Source: Candidatus Methylomirabilia bacterium (GTDB lineage Bacteria > Methylomirabilota > Methylomirabilia > Rokubacteriales > CSP1-6). Taken from it: a stretch of 64,000 nucleotides of DNA. Positions within the stretch are counted from its first letter, which is position 1, and every line of letters begins with the position of its first letter. The stretch is from positions 1-64,000 of the forward strand of contig JBGPXN010000003.1 in NCBI GenBank assembly GCA_041492755.1. Reading direction: 5' to 3'. Shown here piece after piece: positions 8,846 to 19,073 of the stretch. Position numbers and translations under genes: made by a program. The notes beneath the pieces are model-generated. The model was given only the letters and a program-made list of their open reading frames with translations, made no database searches and was not told the origin of the DNA.

Positions 8846-11800
8846 ATGCGCCTTGAGTCCATAACCCTGCACGGCTTCAAGTCTTTTGCCGAGCGCACCA
8901 GCATCAAGGTCCTGCCCGGTATCACCGCGATCGTGGGTCCAAACGGCTGTGGCAAAAGCAATATCTCCGAGTCGGTGCGCTGGGCGCTCGGCGAGCAGAG
9001 CGCCAAATCGCTGCGCGGGCAGCGAATGGAAGACCTCATCTTCCACGGCTCCGCCTCACGTAAGGCGGTCGGGCTGGCCGAGGTCGAGCTGCTCTTCAGC
9101 AACGACGGCGCGCTGTCCGTGCCCTGGAGCGAGATCGCCGTGTCGCGGCGGCTCTACCGTTCGGGGGAGAGCGAGTACCTCCTCAACCGGAATTCCTCCC
9201 GGCTGCGCGACATCCTCGACCTGTTCGCCGGCACCGGGGCCAACCCACGCGCGTACTCGGTGATAGACCAGGACAAGCTCAATCACGTTCTCACCGCCAA
9301 GCCGCACGAGCGGCGGGTCTTCATCGAAGAGGCGGCGGGGATCGCCCGCTACAAGCAGCAGCGCAGCGAGACCGAAGGAAAGCTCGACGCCGCCCGCCAG
9401 AACCTGCATCGCGTGAAGGACGTCATGCAGGAGGTGCAGCGCCAGCTTGGCTCGCTGGAGCGACAGGCGCGCAAAGCGCAACAGTACAAGGCGCTCGAAG
9501 CCGAACGCCGTGATCTCGCGCTGGCGTTGCTCGCCGCCGACTATGCCGCGCTGAAGACGGAGGCGGAACGTCGAGAAGCCCAGCTCGCGCGGCTGCGGCT
9601 GGTCGAGGAAGATCTGCAGGCGCGGGTCACCCAGCTCGGCACTCGGGAAGCCCGGCAACAGGAAGTGATCCAGAGCAGTGAGCACCGTCTCGCCGATCTC
9701 CGGCAGGCCGCGCACAAGGTGCAAGGCGAGCTCGAGCGTCTGCTGGAGCGGCGGGAGCAGATGGGGCTGCAGATGCAGGAAGCGGCCGAGGAGTCCGGTC
9801 GGCTCGACGAGGAAGCGAACCAGGCGGGCGCGCGGCTGCACGGCATCGTCGACGAGCGGGAAGGAACCCGCGCCGCCCTGGCGGAGGCGGGGCTGACGGT
9901 GGCCGCGCGGCAGCAGGCGGTGGCGGAGCTGGAGGCGGCGCTGGAGCGACACCGCTCGAGCCTGACCGGCGAGCGTGACCGCCTGGAGGCGCTGCGGCTG
10001 GAGCAGATCCGCCTGGCGTCCGAGCGCACGGACCTCGTCCGCTCGGCCGGTGAGCTGCGTGAACGCGCGAGTCAGTGCCGCCGGCGGAGCGAACGGTTGG
10101 CGGCGGAGCTGGCCGGGACCGAGGCGGAAGCGGCCCGGCTGACCGTCGAGCGCGGGGCGCTGGAGACGTCGCGCGAGCGGACGCTGCGGACACTGTCGTC
10201 GTTGACGGTCGAGCGCGAGCAACTCGTGGCGCTCCTGTCCGAGGGCGAGCGTGCCGCGGCCTCGGCCGAGAAGGATCTCGCGGAGTCGCGACTGGCGCGG
10301 GCGGGTCGGCAGTCGAGCCTCGAGGCGCTTCGTGAGCTGGAGCGCGGGCGCGAGGGTTACGGTTCGGGTGTGCGCGCGGTCTTCGCCGAAGGTGCGCAGA
10401 TCGGCCTCAGCGGTATCGTCGGCACCGTTGCGGACTTGCTCGACGTGCCACCCGAGCTCGAGCGCCCGGTGGCCGCGGTGCTCGGCGACCGCTTGCAGTG
10501 GATCGTCGTCGAGCGGTTCGAGCATGCCCGGGCGGCGGTTGGCTTCCTCCGTTCCCGGCAAGCGGGCTCGGCCACGTTCGTCCCGCTCGAAGACCTCAGG
10601 CGGTACGCGGGCGCGGTCGCGTCGCCCGAAGACAACGGCGTGCGGTGGCTGAGCCGGAGCGTGCGCGCGTCCACCGAGGGACTGCTGGAGCACCTGCTCG
10701 GTCTCGTCGGCGTGGTGGACCATCTCGATCATGCCGAGGCGCTGTGGCGGCGCAACGGGGTGATCGCGACGTACGTGACGCCCGACGGCGACGTCCTGGG
10801 CCCGCATGGTCATCTGCGCGGCGGCGGTGACGAGGCGGCCGGTGCGTCGGAACATGCGCTGCTGGCGCGCAAGCGGCAGGTGCGCGAGCTCGAAGAGATC
10901 GTGCGCGGGCTCGAGGAGATGGTGGCGAGCACGCAACGATCCGCGGCACGTCTCGGCGCGGAAGCGGCGTCGCTGCGCGTGCGGCTGACCGCCTGCGACG
11001 AGACGCTTGCCGCTCACCACGCGCAGCGACTGGCCGGCGAGAAAGACCTCGAGCAGGTCACGCGCGAGCACGAGCGGGTCCACCGTCACTCCGAGACCGT
11101 CCGCCTCGAGTCCGAGCAGAACCGGCGTGAGATCGAGGAGACGGAGACGACGCTGGCCCGGCTCGACCAGCGGATCGCGACCGCGTGCGACGCCGAAGGC
11201 GCACACGAGGTGGCCCAGGCCGGCGTGCGCCGGACCATCGAGGCGGCGCAAGCGCGCGAGGCGGCGCTGGTCGGCGAGCTGACGGCCGGACGCGTCGACG
11301 CGGCGTCGGGTCTCGAGCGGCTCGATTCTCTCGAGCGCGAGCTGGGTCGTTTGGACCAGCTCGAGGCCGAGCTCCAGGACCGTCTCGCCCAGACCGCGCA
11401 GCGCGGGCAGCAGCTCGCCGAGCGGCGCGAGTGGCTGGCGGCCGAGCGGGAGCGGACGGACGCGCAGGCGCGCGACGTCGCCGTGGAGCGTGATCGGGTC
11501 CAGTCGGACGAGCAGGCAGCGGCCGACCGGCACGCGGGCTTCGTGGAGGAGTTGCGCACGATCCAGGAGGAGATGCGCGGCATCGAAGGCGAGCGGCGGC
11601 GCGTCACCGCAAGCATCCACGAGGTCGAGCTGGCCGCCACCGAGGGCCGCGTGCGGCGCGAGGAACTCCTGCAGGACGCCGTGCGCACCTATACGGTCGA
11701 CGAGCCGACGCTGCTGGCGCGTCACGATCCCACGCGCGAGATCCCGGCCCTGCGCAACCGCCACGACGAGCTGCAAGAGAAGCTGACCGCCATCGGCCCG

Positions 11801-12400
11801 GTGAACCTGGTGGCCGACGAAGAGTACCGGGAGCTCGACGAGCGATTGACGTTTCTCAGGGTCCAGCACGACGACCTGGTGGGCTCGATCAAGGACCTCG
11901 AAAAGGCGCTTCGTGGGATGACGCGGACGGCCCAGGAGCGGTTCGATCAAGCCTTCGCCGAGATCAGCGCGCGCTTCTCCGAGATCTTCGAGCGCTTGTT
12001 CGAGGGCGGACGCGCGGAGTTGCGCCTGGTGGAGGCGGAGGAGGGCGGCGATCCGCTCGACACCGGCGTGGACCTCGTGGCCCAGCCGCGGGGCAAGCGG
12101 CTGCAGTCGGTGACGCTGATGTCCGGTGGGGAGCGGGCGCTCACCGGTCTGGCGTTGCTCTTCGCCATTTTCTACTACCGGCCCAGCCCCTTCTGCGTGC
12201 TCGACGAGGTCGACGCCCCGCTGGACGATGCCAATATCCACCGTTTCCTGCGCGTGCTGCGCGAGCTGACGAGTCAGACGCAGTTCCTGGTCATCACGCA
12301 CAATCGCAAGAGCATGGAAGCGGCCGATGTCCTCTACGGTGTCACCATGCAGGAGCCGGGTCTCTCCACGCTCGTATCCGTCAATCTGCGCGACGTCTGA
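8846..12400 (+). CDS. smc: Chromosome segregation protein SMC
   Basis: GFKSFA, GPNGCGKSN, long coiled coils, hinge domain, MSGGER, LDEVDAPLD, ITHN. Confidence 0.98.
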   Translation: MRLESITLHGFKSFAERTSIKVLPGITAIVGPNGCGKSNISESVRWALGEQSAKSLRGQRMEDLIFHGSASRKAVGLAEVELLFSNDGALSVPWSEIAVSRRLYRSGESEYLLNRNSSRLRDILDLFAGTGANPRAYSVIDQDKLNHVLTAKPHERRVFIEEAAGIARYKQQRSETEGKLDAARQNLHRVKDVMQEVQRQLGSLERQARKAQQYKALEAERRDLALALLAADYAALKTEAERREAQLARLRLVEEDLQARVTQLGTREARQQEVIQSSEHRLADLRQAAHKVQGELERLLERREQMGLQMQEAAEESGRLDEEANQAGARLHGIVDEREGTRAALAEAGLTVAARQQAVAELEAALERHRSSLTGERDRLEALRLEQIRLASERTDLVRSAGELRERASQCRRRSERLAAELAGTEAEAARLTVERGALETSRERTLRTLSSLTVEREQLVALLSEGERAAASAEKDLAESRLARAGRQSSLEALRELERGREGYGSGVRAVFAEGAQIGLSGIVGTVADLLDVPPELERPVAAVLGDRLQWIVVERFEHARAAVGFLRSRQAGSATFVPLEDLRRYAGAVASPEDNGVRWLSRSVRASTEGLLEHLLGLVGVVDHLDHAEALWRRNGVIATYVTPDGDVLGPHGHLRGGGDEAAGASEHALLARKRQVRELEEIVRGLEEMVASTQRSAARLGAEAASLRVRLTACDETLAAHHAQRLAGEKDLEQVTREHERVHRHSETVRLESEQNRREIEETETTLARLDQRIATACDAEGAHEVAQAGVRRTIEAAQAREAALVGELTAGRVDAASGLERLDSLERELGRLDQLEAELQDRLAQTAQRGQQLAERREWLAAERERTDAQARDVAVERDRVQSDEQAAADRHAGFVEELRTIQEEMRGIEGERRRVTASIHEVELAATEGRVRREELLQDAVRTYTVDEPTLLARHDPTREIPALRNRHDELQEKLTAIGPVNLVADEEYRELDERLTFLRVQHDDLVGSIKDLEKALRGMTRTAQERFDQAFAEISARFSEIFERLFEGGRAELRLVEAEEGGDPLDTGVDLVAQPRGKRLQSVTLMSGGERALTGLALLFAIFYYRPSPFCVLDEVDAPLDDANIHRFLRVLRELTSQTQFLVITHNRKSMEAADVLYGVTMQEPGLSTLVSVNLRDV

Positions 12401-12477
12401 GCCCGTCCCCGTCGTGGGCGCCCCCCCCGGCGTGAAAAGCCCGAGTAGTTAGGCTAGACTCGGCCTTGGCGTAGGGT

Positions 12478-13536
12478 ATGCGATCCCTCGGTTCTCATCT
12501 CCGCGAGCTCCGCGAGCAGCGCGGCGTCTCCCTGGAGGAGATGTCGCGCATCACCCGGGTTGCCCTGCGTTACCTCGAGGCGTTGGAAGCCGACGACCAC
12601 GGCGCGCTGCTGGAACCGGTGTTCACCCGGGGATTCATTCGCGCGTACTGTCAAGCGCTCCGCGAGCCACCCGGCGAAGCGCTGGCCCTCTACCCGGCGA
12701 CGGAATCCACCCGGGTCACCACCGCTCACCCACCGACGGGTGGCCGCTCCTTTCCCGCCGTCCGGGCCCGTGAAGGTGCGAGCCAGGGCACCGTGTTCGT
12801 GAGCTTCGTGCTGCTCGTTGTCTTCGGTCTCGGTCTCTTCGGGCTCACCCTGGTTCTTCAATCCGGGAAGGAAGACGGCGGCGAGCGCCGCCCGGCCGCG
12901 CCCTCGGCCACCGCAACGGTCGAGCCGCGGCCCGCGCCGAGCGCGCAAGGGCCGGATGCGCCTCCGCGGCCCGCGCCGGTCGCGTCCACACCGGCACCGC
13001 CTACACCGGCGCCGTCAGCCTCCCCCTCTCCGCGCGCTGGCGACACGGTTAGGCCCCCGAGCAGTTCCGGCGCGGTGCCGCCGGCCGTGCGGACCGGCGA
13101 GGGAGTCGCGGCGCCAAGCGGCGGAACGACAACACCGCCGGGCGCGCCGCCGCCGGCCGTACCGCCGCCGGCGTCCCCGGCGACCGGCGCCGCGAACGCG
13201 CCGGCGGCCGGCTCGCAGGCCGAGCTCGCGCGGCTGGTGGCGTCCGTGAGCTCGCCGTACCGCCTGGTGGCGCGCGCGTCGGAGCCGACGTGGGTGCGCG
13301 TGCGCATGGGTGACGGGCGCGCCGTCGAAGAGACGATGGGCGCCAACGAGGTCCGCGAGTGGGTGTCGAACCAACCGTTCGTCCTCACCATCGGTAACGC
13401 CGGCGGAATCTCACTGGAGCTGAATGGCCGCGCACTCCCGTCGCTGGGCCCGCGCGGGGGCGTCGTCGGCCGCATCGTCATCCCGCCGCCGAACGACGCC
13501 GGCCCGCCGGCGGCAAAATCCGTTCCCAACCCGTGA
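12478..13536 (+). CDS. rodZ: RodZ-like protein (HTH, TM, Pro/Ala-rich linker, DUF4115-like C-terminus)
   Basis: LGSHLRELREQRGVSL..YLEALE..RGFIRAY, one TM segment, C-terminal LTIGNAGGISLELNG. Confidence 0.8.
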   Translation: MRSLGSHLRELREQRGVSLEEMSRITRVALRYLEALEADDHGALLEPVFTRGFIRAYCQALREPPGEALALYPATESTRVTTAHPPTGGRSFPAVRAREGASQGTVFVSFVLLVVFGLGLFGLTLVLQSGKEDGGERRPAAPSATATVEPRPAPSAQGPDAPPRPAPVASTPAPPTPAPSASPSPRAGDTVRPPSSSGAVPPAVRTGEGVAAPSGGTTTPPGAPPPAVPPPASPATGAANAPAAGSQAELARLVASVSSPYRLVARASEPTWVRVRMGDGRAVEETMGANEVREWVSNQPFVLTIGNAGGISLELNGRALPSLGPRGGVVGRIVIPPPNDAGPPAAKSVPNP

Positions 13537-14474
13537 AGCTGTTCTCGGGACTCGGTGACCGCCTGCGGGCGAGTCTCAAGCGTTCGCGCGACTATCTCGC
13601 CGGCGAGCTGTCCACCGTCTTCGAGGCGGACCGGCCGATCGACGAAGCGCTCTACGAGGAGCTGGAGGAGACGCTGATCGCCGCCGACCTCGGCGCCATG
13701 CTGGCCGCCGACTTCACCAACCGCGCGCGCGAAGAGGTGATGTTCGGCACCGTCACGAAAGCCGGCCAGCTGCGCCCGTTGTTCCGTCGATTTCTCGCCG
13801 ACACGCTGGCCACCGCCGCCCAGCCGCTCGATCTCGACCATCGGCCGGCGGTGATGCTGATGCTCGGCGTGAACGGGTCGGGGAAGACGACGACGTGCGC
13901 GAAGATCGCGGCCGCGCTCAAGAACGACGGCAAGCGCGTCGCGCTCGCCGCCGCCGATACCTTCCGGGCCGCGGCCATCGAGCAGCTGCAGACGTGGGGC
14001 GACCGCGTGGGCGTGGAAGTCATTCACCAGGCGGCGGGCTCCGACCCGGCCGCGGTCGTGTTCGACGCCGTGAAAGCGGCCACCGCTCGCGATCTCGACG
14101 TGCTCATCGTCGACACGGCCGGGCGCCTGCACACGAAGTCCAATCTCATGGCCGAGCTCGCCAAGGTGCGCAAGGTCATCGAGCGTCAGCTTCCGGGAGC
14201 GCCGCACGAGAGTCTCATGGTGCTGGACGCGCCGACCGGGCAGAACGGCTTCGCGCAGGCCCGCATGTTCCACGAGGCGATCGGGCTCACCGGCATCGTG
14301 CTCACCAAGCTCGACGGCACCGCGAAGGGCGGCATCGTCGTGCGCATCGTGCGCGAGCTCAAGCTCCCCATCAAGCTCGTGGGCGTCGGCGAGAAGCTCG
14401 AAGACCTGCAGCCGTTCGAGCCTGCTCCGTTCGTCGACGCGCTCGTGCCCGAGGCGCCCAGGCCCGGCGCATGA
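13533..14474 (+). CDS. ftsY: Signal recognition particle receptor FtsY
   Basis: GVNGSGKTT, DTFRAAA, DTAGR, TKLDGTAKGG. Confidence 0.97.
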   Translation: MKLFSGLGDRLRASLKRSRDYLAGELSTVFEADRPIDEALYEELEETLIAADLGAMLAADFTNRAREEVMFGTVTKAGQLRPLFRRFLADTLATAAQPLDLDHRPAVMLMLGVNGSGKTTTCAKIAAALKNDGKRVALAAADTFRAAAIEQLQTWGDRVGVEVIHQAAGSDPAAVVFDAVKAATARDLDVLIVDTAGRLHTKSNLMAELAKVRKVIERQLPGAPHESLMVLDAPTGQNGFAQARMFHEAIGLTGIVLTKLDGTAKGGIVVRIVRELKLPIKLVGVGEKLEDLQPFEPAPFVDALVPEAPRPGA

Positions 14475-15586
14475 CGTCCGCCCCCGACCACGAATCCTGG
14501 ATGCGGCGCGCCCTCGCGCTCGCCGAGCGCGGGCGAGGGCTGACGTCGCCGAATCCGATGGTCGGTGCCGTGGTCGTGCGCGACGGGACCGTGGTCGGTG
14601 AAGGATTCCACGAACGGGCGGGTGGCCCGCACGCCGAGGTCACCGCGCTGGCCGCGGCCGCCGAGCGCGCCCGCGGCGCGACGCTGTACGTCACGCTCGA
14701 GCCGTGCATGCATCAGGGCCAAACCCCCCCCTGCGCCCCGGCCGTCGTGGCGGCCGGCATCCGGACCGTCGTGGCGGCCGTCTCCGATCCCAACCCGTTC
14801 GTGGCCGGGGGAGGGGCGGACGCGCTCCGCGCCGCCGGGGTCGACGTTCGGCTCGGCGTGCTGGCCGATCGGGCGCGAACCCAGAACCGCGTTTTCTTCA
14901 CGGCAATGCGGGAACGGCGGCCGCACGTGACTCTCAAGGCGGCCATGACGCTCGACGGCAAGATTGCCGACGCCCATGGCGTCTCCCGCTGGATCACGGG
15001 AGAGGCCGCCCGCGCCGAAGCCCACCAGCTACGCAGCGAAGTCGACGCCATCGTGGTCGGTCACGCCACCGTGGAGCACGACGATCCCGCGCTCACGGTG
15101 CGGCGCGAGGCGCCATGGCCGCGCGAGCCGCTGCGCATCGTGCTGGATACGCAGGCCCGGACACCGACGACGGCGCGAGTGATCACGGCGGCCACCGCCG
15201 CCCGTGCGGTGATCGCGGTCGGGTCGGCGGCCCCGGCGGGACGCGTGGCCGCGTTGGAGCGCGCGGGCGCGACCGTGCTGCGTTGTGGCGGGAGCGAGGG
15301 CAACGTCGACGTGCGCGAGCTGCTGGTCGCGCTGTTCGAGCGCGAGGTGCGCGGCGTGCTCGTCGAGGGCGGCGGCGAGGTCGCCGCGTCGTTTCTCGAC
15401 GCCGGTCTCGTCGATCGGGTTGTGCTCTTCGTGGCGCCACTGCTGCTCGGCGGGCGAACGGCGGCCTCGGTGGTGGGTGGCGGTGGACGCGATCTGAAGG
15501 AGGCGGTGCGGCTCGAGGCGCTGGCCGTCCGCCGGGTCGGGGACGATCTGCTCATCGAAGCGGACGTCGCGCGCGGCGGGGCCTGA
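14471..15586 (+). CDS. ribD: Bifunctional riboflavin biosynthesis deaminase/reductase RibD
   Basis: TSPNPMVG, HAE, TLEPC..PPC, TLDGKIA, VEGGG; ATGA overlap with ftsY. Confidence 0.97.
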   Translation: MTSAPDHESWMRRALALAERGRGLTSPNPMVGAVVVRDGTVVGEGFHERAGGPHAEVTALAAAAERARGATLYVTLEPCMHQGQTPPCAPAVVAAGIRTVVAAVSDPNPFVAGGGADALRAAGVDVRLGVLADRARTQNRVFFTAMRERRPHVTLKAAMTLDGKIADAHGVSRWITGEAARAEAHQLRSEVDAIVVGHATVEHDDPALTVRREAPWPREPLRIVLDTQARTPTTARVITAATAARAVIAVGSAAPAGRVAALERAGATVLRCGGSEGNVDVRELLVALFEREVRGVLVEGGGEVAASFLDAGLVDRVVLFVAPLLLGGRTAASVVGGGGRDLKEAVRLEALAVRRVGDDLLIEADVARGGA

Positions 15587-15600
15587 GACCGGCGCGCCTG

Positions 15601-16203
15601 ATGTTCACCGGTATCGTGGAAGAGATCGGCGTGGTTCGGGCGGTTTCTCGCGCCGGCGACGTGGCGCGGCTGGACGTCGGCGCCACCCTTACCCTGGACG
15701 GCTCCGATCTCGGCGCGAGCGTCGCCGTGAACGGTGTATGCCTGACGGTCGTGGAGCGCAAGCGTGACGGCTTCGCCTTCGACGTCGGGCCGGAGACGCT
15801 CGCGGCCACCGCGCTCGGCCGGCTGGCGCCCGGCGCGCGCGTGAACCTCGAGCGCCCGTTGCGGCTCGGCGCCGCGCTCGGTGGGCATCTCGTCCTCGGG
15901 CACGTGGATGGCGTGGGCACCGTCGAGGCGGTAAGGCGTGTAGAATCGACGGCACGGGTGCGGATTGCCGTGCCCGACCGGGCGTTCGAATCGCTGCTGG
16001 TGCCCAAGGGCTCGGTGGCGGTGGACGGCGTGAGCCTGACGGTGGCGGCACTGGCTCCGGGCGCCTTCGAGGTGATGCTGATCCCGCACACGCTCGAGGT
16101 CACCACGCTGGGGACGCTCGTCGCGGGACACGCGGTGAACATCGAGGCCGACGTGATCGGCAAGTACGTGGTGCGGGCGCTGGCGCTCCGGGAGACGACA
16201 TGA
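15601..16203 (+). CDS. ribE: Riboflavin synthase (alpha chain)
   Basis: [35 protein letters not shown]. Confidence 0.96.
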   Translation: MFTGIVEEIGVVRAVSRAGDVARLDVGATLTLDGSDLGASVAVNGVCLTVVERKRDGFAFDVGPETLAATALGRLAPGARVNLERPLRLGAALGGHLVLGHVDGVGTVEAVRRVESTARVRIAVPDRAFESLLVPKGSVAVDGVSLTVAALAPGAFEVMLIPHTLEVTTLGTLVAGHAVNIEADVIGKYVVRALALRETT

Positions 16204-17411
16204 CCGGGTTCGGGACGATCGAAGACGCCATCGAGGACATCCGGAACGGCCGGATGATCCTCGTCGTCGACGACGAGGATCGCGAGAACGAGGGCGACCT
16301 CGTCATGGCCGCCGAAAAGGCCACGCCGGAGGCGGTCAACTTCATGCTCAAGTACGGCCGCGGGCTCCTGTGCGTGCCCATGACCGGCGAGCGCCTGGAC
16401 GAGCTCGACATTCCGATGATGGTGCGGGAGAACACGGCGCCGCTGGGGACGGCCTTCACGCAGACGGTGGACGCCCGCCGCGGCGTGACGACCGGAACGT
16501 CGGCCTACGATCGCGCCGTCACCATCCGGACCCTCGTCGATCCCCTGACTCGCCCCGCGGATCTCACGCGTCCCGGACACGTCAATCCGCTCCGCGCCAT
16601 GGACGGCGGGGTGCTGCGCCGTGCCGGCCACACCGAGGCCGCCGTCGATCTCGCCCGGCTTGCCGGCTGCCTGCCCGCAGGGGTCATCTGCGAGGTGCTC
16701 GACGACGAAGGCGGCATGGCGCGGGTGCCCGAGCTCGCCCAGCTCGCCCGTGATTACAAGCTGGCCATGATCACGATCAAGGAGCTCATCCGCTACCGGA
16801 CCCAGCACGAGAAGCTCGTGCGGCGGGTCGCGACCACGCGGCTGCCGACCGAGTTCGGCGAGTTCACGGCCATCGCCTACGAGGCGACGGTGTACAGCCG
16901 CGTTCACTTCGCCCTCGTCATGGGCGATATCGGTGGTGATTCGCCGGTGCTCGTACGAATGCACTCGGAGTGCCTCACCGGTGACGTGTTCGGGTCCCGG
17001 CGGTGCGACTGCGGACCACAGCTCTCGCGGGCCCTCCAGATGATCCAGCAGGAAGGCCGGGGCGTCGTGGTGTACTTGCGCCAGGAGGGCCGGGGCATCG
17101 GCCTGCACAACAAGATTCGCGCCTACGAGCTGCAGGACCAGGGCAAGGACACCGTGGAGGCGAACGAGGCCCTCGGCTTCAAAGGGGACATGCGCGATTA
17201 CGGCATCGGCGCCCAGATCCTCGTCGACCTCGGACTCAGGAATCTGAAACTGCTCACCAACAATCCCGCCAAGCGCGTCGGCCTCGAGGGGTACGGGCTC
17301 AACTACGTGGAGCGGGTGGCCATCGAGATCGCGCCCAACGAAGAGAATCGCCGGTACCTGAGCACCAAGCGCGACAAGCTCGGGCACCTGCTCACGTCTC
17401 TTCCGGACTGA
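16200..17411 (+). CDS. ribBA: Bifunctional DHBP synthase / GTP cyclohydrolase II
   Basis: [44 protein letters not shown]. Confidence 0.97.
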   Translation: MTGFGTIEDAIEDIRNGRMILVVDDEDRENEGDLVMAAEKATPEAVNFMLKYGRGLLCVPMTGERLDELDIPMMVRENTAPLGTAFTQTVDARRGVTTGTSAYDRAVTIRTLVDPLTRPADLTRPGHVNPLRAMDGGVLRRAGHTEAAVDLARLAGCLPAGVICEVLDDEGGMARVPELAQLARDYKLAMITIKELIRYRTQHEKLVRRVATTRLPTEFGEFTAIAYEATVYSRVHFALVMGDIGGDSPVLVRMHSECLTGDVFGSRRCDCGPQLSRALQMIQQEGRGVVVYLRQEGRGIGLHNKIRAYELQDQGKDTVEANEALGFKGDMRDYGIGAQILVDLGLRNLKLLTNNPAKRVGLEGYGLNYVERVAIEIAPNEENRRYLSTKRDKLGHLLTSLPD

Positions 17412-17415
17412 GCGC

Positions 17416-17916
17416 GTGGCCGGGCGGGCTCCACGATCCGCGAGGACGACGCTGGTCGGTGCCGGACGTTTCGCCGTGGTGGCGGCGCGGTTCAACGAGC
17501 CGATCACCAAACGCCTCGTCGATGGCGCCGTCCACGCGCTGGGCGTCGCCGGGGTGGCGGCGGGCGCGGTGGACGTCTTCTGGATCCCCGGCTCGTTCGA
17601 GCTGCCGCAGGCCGCGTCCCATCTCGCCGGCACGCGTGGCTACGCCGGCATCATCTGTCTCGGCGTCGTCATCCGCGGCCAGACGCCGCACTTCGAGCAC
17701 GTCGCGCGCGAAGCGGCGACCGGCATCCGTGAGGTCGCGCTGCGCACCGGCGTGCCGGTGACGTTCGGCGTCATCACCGCGCTGAGCGAGGCGCAGGCGT
17801 GGGATCGGGCCGGTGGCGAGGTCGGCAACCGTGGCGAGGAGGCCGCGGAGGCCGCCCTCGAGATGGCCGGCTTCATCCGCTCGCTCCGCTCGAAACCCCG
17901 TCGTCGAGGTCGTTGA
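17416..17916 (+). CDS. ribH: 6,7-dimethyl-8-ribityllumazine synthase
   Basis: ARFN, PGSFELP, GVVIRGQTPHF, FGVIT. Confidence 0.96.
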   Translation: MAGRAPRSARTTLVGAGRFAVVAARFNEPITKRLVDGAVHALGVAGVAAGAVDVFWIPGSFELPQAASHLAGTRGYAGIICLGVVIRGQTPHFEHVAREAATGIREVALRTGVPVTFGVITALSEAQAWDRAGGEVGNRGEEAAEAALEMAGFIRSLRSKPRRRGR

Positions 17917-17917
17917 A

Positions 17918-18334
17918 GTGGGTCGGCGGCGGAAGGCCCGGGAAGTCGCGTTGCAGCTCCTCTACCAGCTCGACCTCCGGGACGAGCGGCAACCCGCGGC
18001 GTACGAGGCCGAATTCTGGACGGACCATCCGGCCGATAGCGACACGCAGCGCTTCGCGAGCCGGCTCGTGCGCGGCGCCAAGCACCATCAAGAAGAAGTC
18101 GACGGGCTCATCACTCAGTACACGGAGCACTGGGACCTCGATCGTATGGCGGTGGTGGACCGGAATCTCTTGAGGCTCGCGGTGTACGAGCTCCTCTGGC
18201 ATCCGGAGGTACCGGCCAAGGTGGCCATAAACGAGGCGATCGAGATCGCCAAGAAGTTCGGGACGCAGGAGTCGGGGCGGTTCATCAACGGGATCCTGGA
18301 TCGCATCCACAAAGAGCTGCGGCCGGCTTCCTGA
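17918..18334 (+). CDS. nusB: Transcription antitermination factor NusB
   Basis: GTG after SD GAGGT; RRKAREVALQLLYQ, DRNLLRLA, AINEAIEIAKKFG, FINGILD. Confidence 0.95.
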   Translation: MGRRRKAREVALQLLYQLDLRDERQPAAYEAEFWTDHPADSDTQRFASRLVRGAKHHQEEVDGLITQYTEHWDLDRMAVVDRNLLRLAVYELLWHPEVPAKVAINEAIEIAKKFGTQESGRFINGILDRIHKELRPAS

Positions 18335-18347
18335 TCCGGCGCCCACC

Positions 18348-19073
18348 GTGCGGTACGCCATCCTGTCCGACATCCACGCCAACCTCGAAGCGCTGACGGC
18401 CGTGCTCGCCGACGCCGCCGATGCCGCCGACGCCGTCCTCTGTCTCGGCGACATCGTGGGGTACGGCGCCGATCCCGAAGCCTGCGTCGACCTCGTTGGG
18501 GAGCGCGCGCAGGCCGTCGTGGCCGGCAACCACGAGTACGGTGTCGGCGGCCGGATGGACCTCGACTGGTTCAATCCGTATGCACGCGCCGCCGCGGAGT
18601 GGACGGCGACGCGGCTCGACCGCGAGCACCACGCGTGGCTGACGTCGCTGCCGCTCACCGCTGAGGTCGAAGACGCCACGCTCGTGCACGCGTCACCCGA
18701 TCACCCCGAGGAGTGGGACTACCTCGTGGATCCCGAAGACGGCTTCGAGGCCTTCGAGGCGTTCGGCACGCGGCTCTGCTTCGTCGGGCATTCGCACCGG
18801 CCGGCGCAGTGGTCGCTCGGCTCGTCGGGGCCCGACCACGAACCGGGCGCGACCGACGTGTCGTTGGTGGCCGGCCGCCGATACATCGTCAACGTGGGGA
18901 GCGTGGGGCAGCCGCGCGACCGCGATCCGCGGGCGGCGTACGCCGTGTGGGACGTGCCGGCGCGGCGGGTCGTCCTGCGCCGGGTGCCGTACGACATCAC
19001 TACGGCCCGCCGCAAGATCGTCGCCGCCGGACTGCCGCGCATGCTCGGTGATCGCCTCCGCATCGGAGCCTGA
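18348..19073 (+). CDS. Calcineurin-like metallophosphoesterase
   Basis: SDIHAN, LGDIVGYG, GNHE, GHSH, NVGSVGQPRD. Confidence 0.92.
   Translation: MRYAILSDIHANLEALTAVLADAADAADAVLCLGDIVGYGADPEACVDLVGERAQAVVAGNHEYGVGGRMDLDWFNPYARAAAEWTATRLDREHHAWLTSLPLTAEVEDATLVHASPDHPEEWDYLVDPEDGFEAFEAFGTRLCFVGHSHRPAQWSLGSSGPDHEPGATDVSLVAGRRYIVNVGSVGQPRDRDPRAAYAVWDVPARRVVLRRVPYDITTARRKIVAAGLPRMLGDRLRIGA

Noticed and set aside
12421..12428. C8 runs here and near 45652-45659 as phase-variation tracts
   Set aside because: They are short for a GC-rich genome and have no evident frame or promoter-spacing consequence.
12880..13230. Pro/Ala-rich stretch in rodZ as an inserted element
   Set aside because: It is an ordinary low-complexity linker between the TM segment and the C-terminal domain, with no similarity to the palindromic repeats.
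14400..14480. FMN riboswitch before the rib operon
   Set aside because: ribD overlaps the ftsY stop, leaving no leader, and no RFN consensus is visible.
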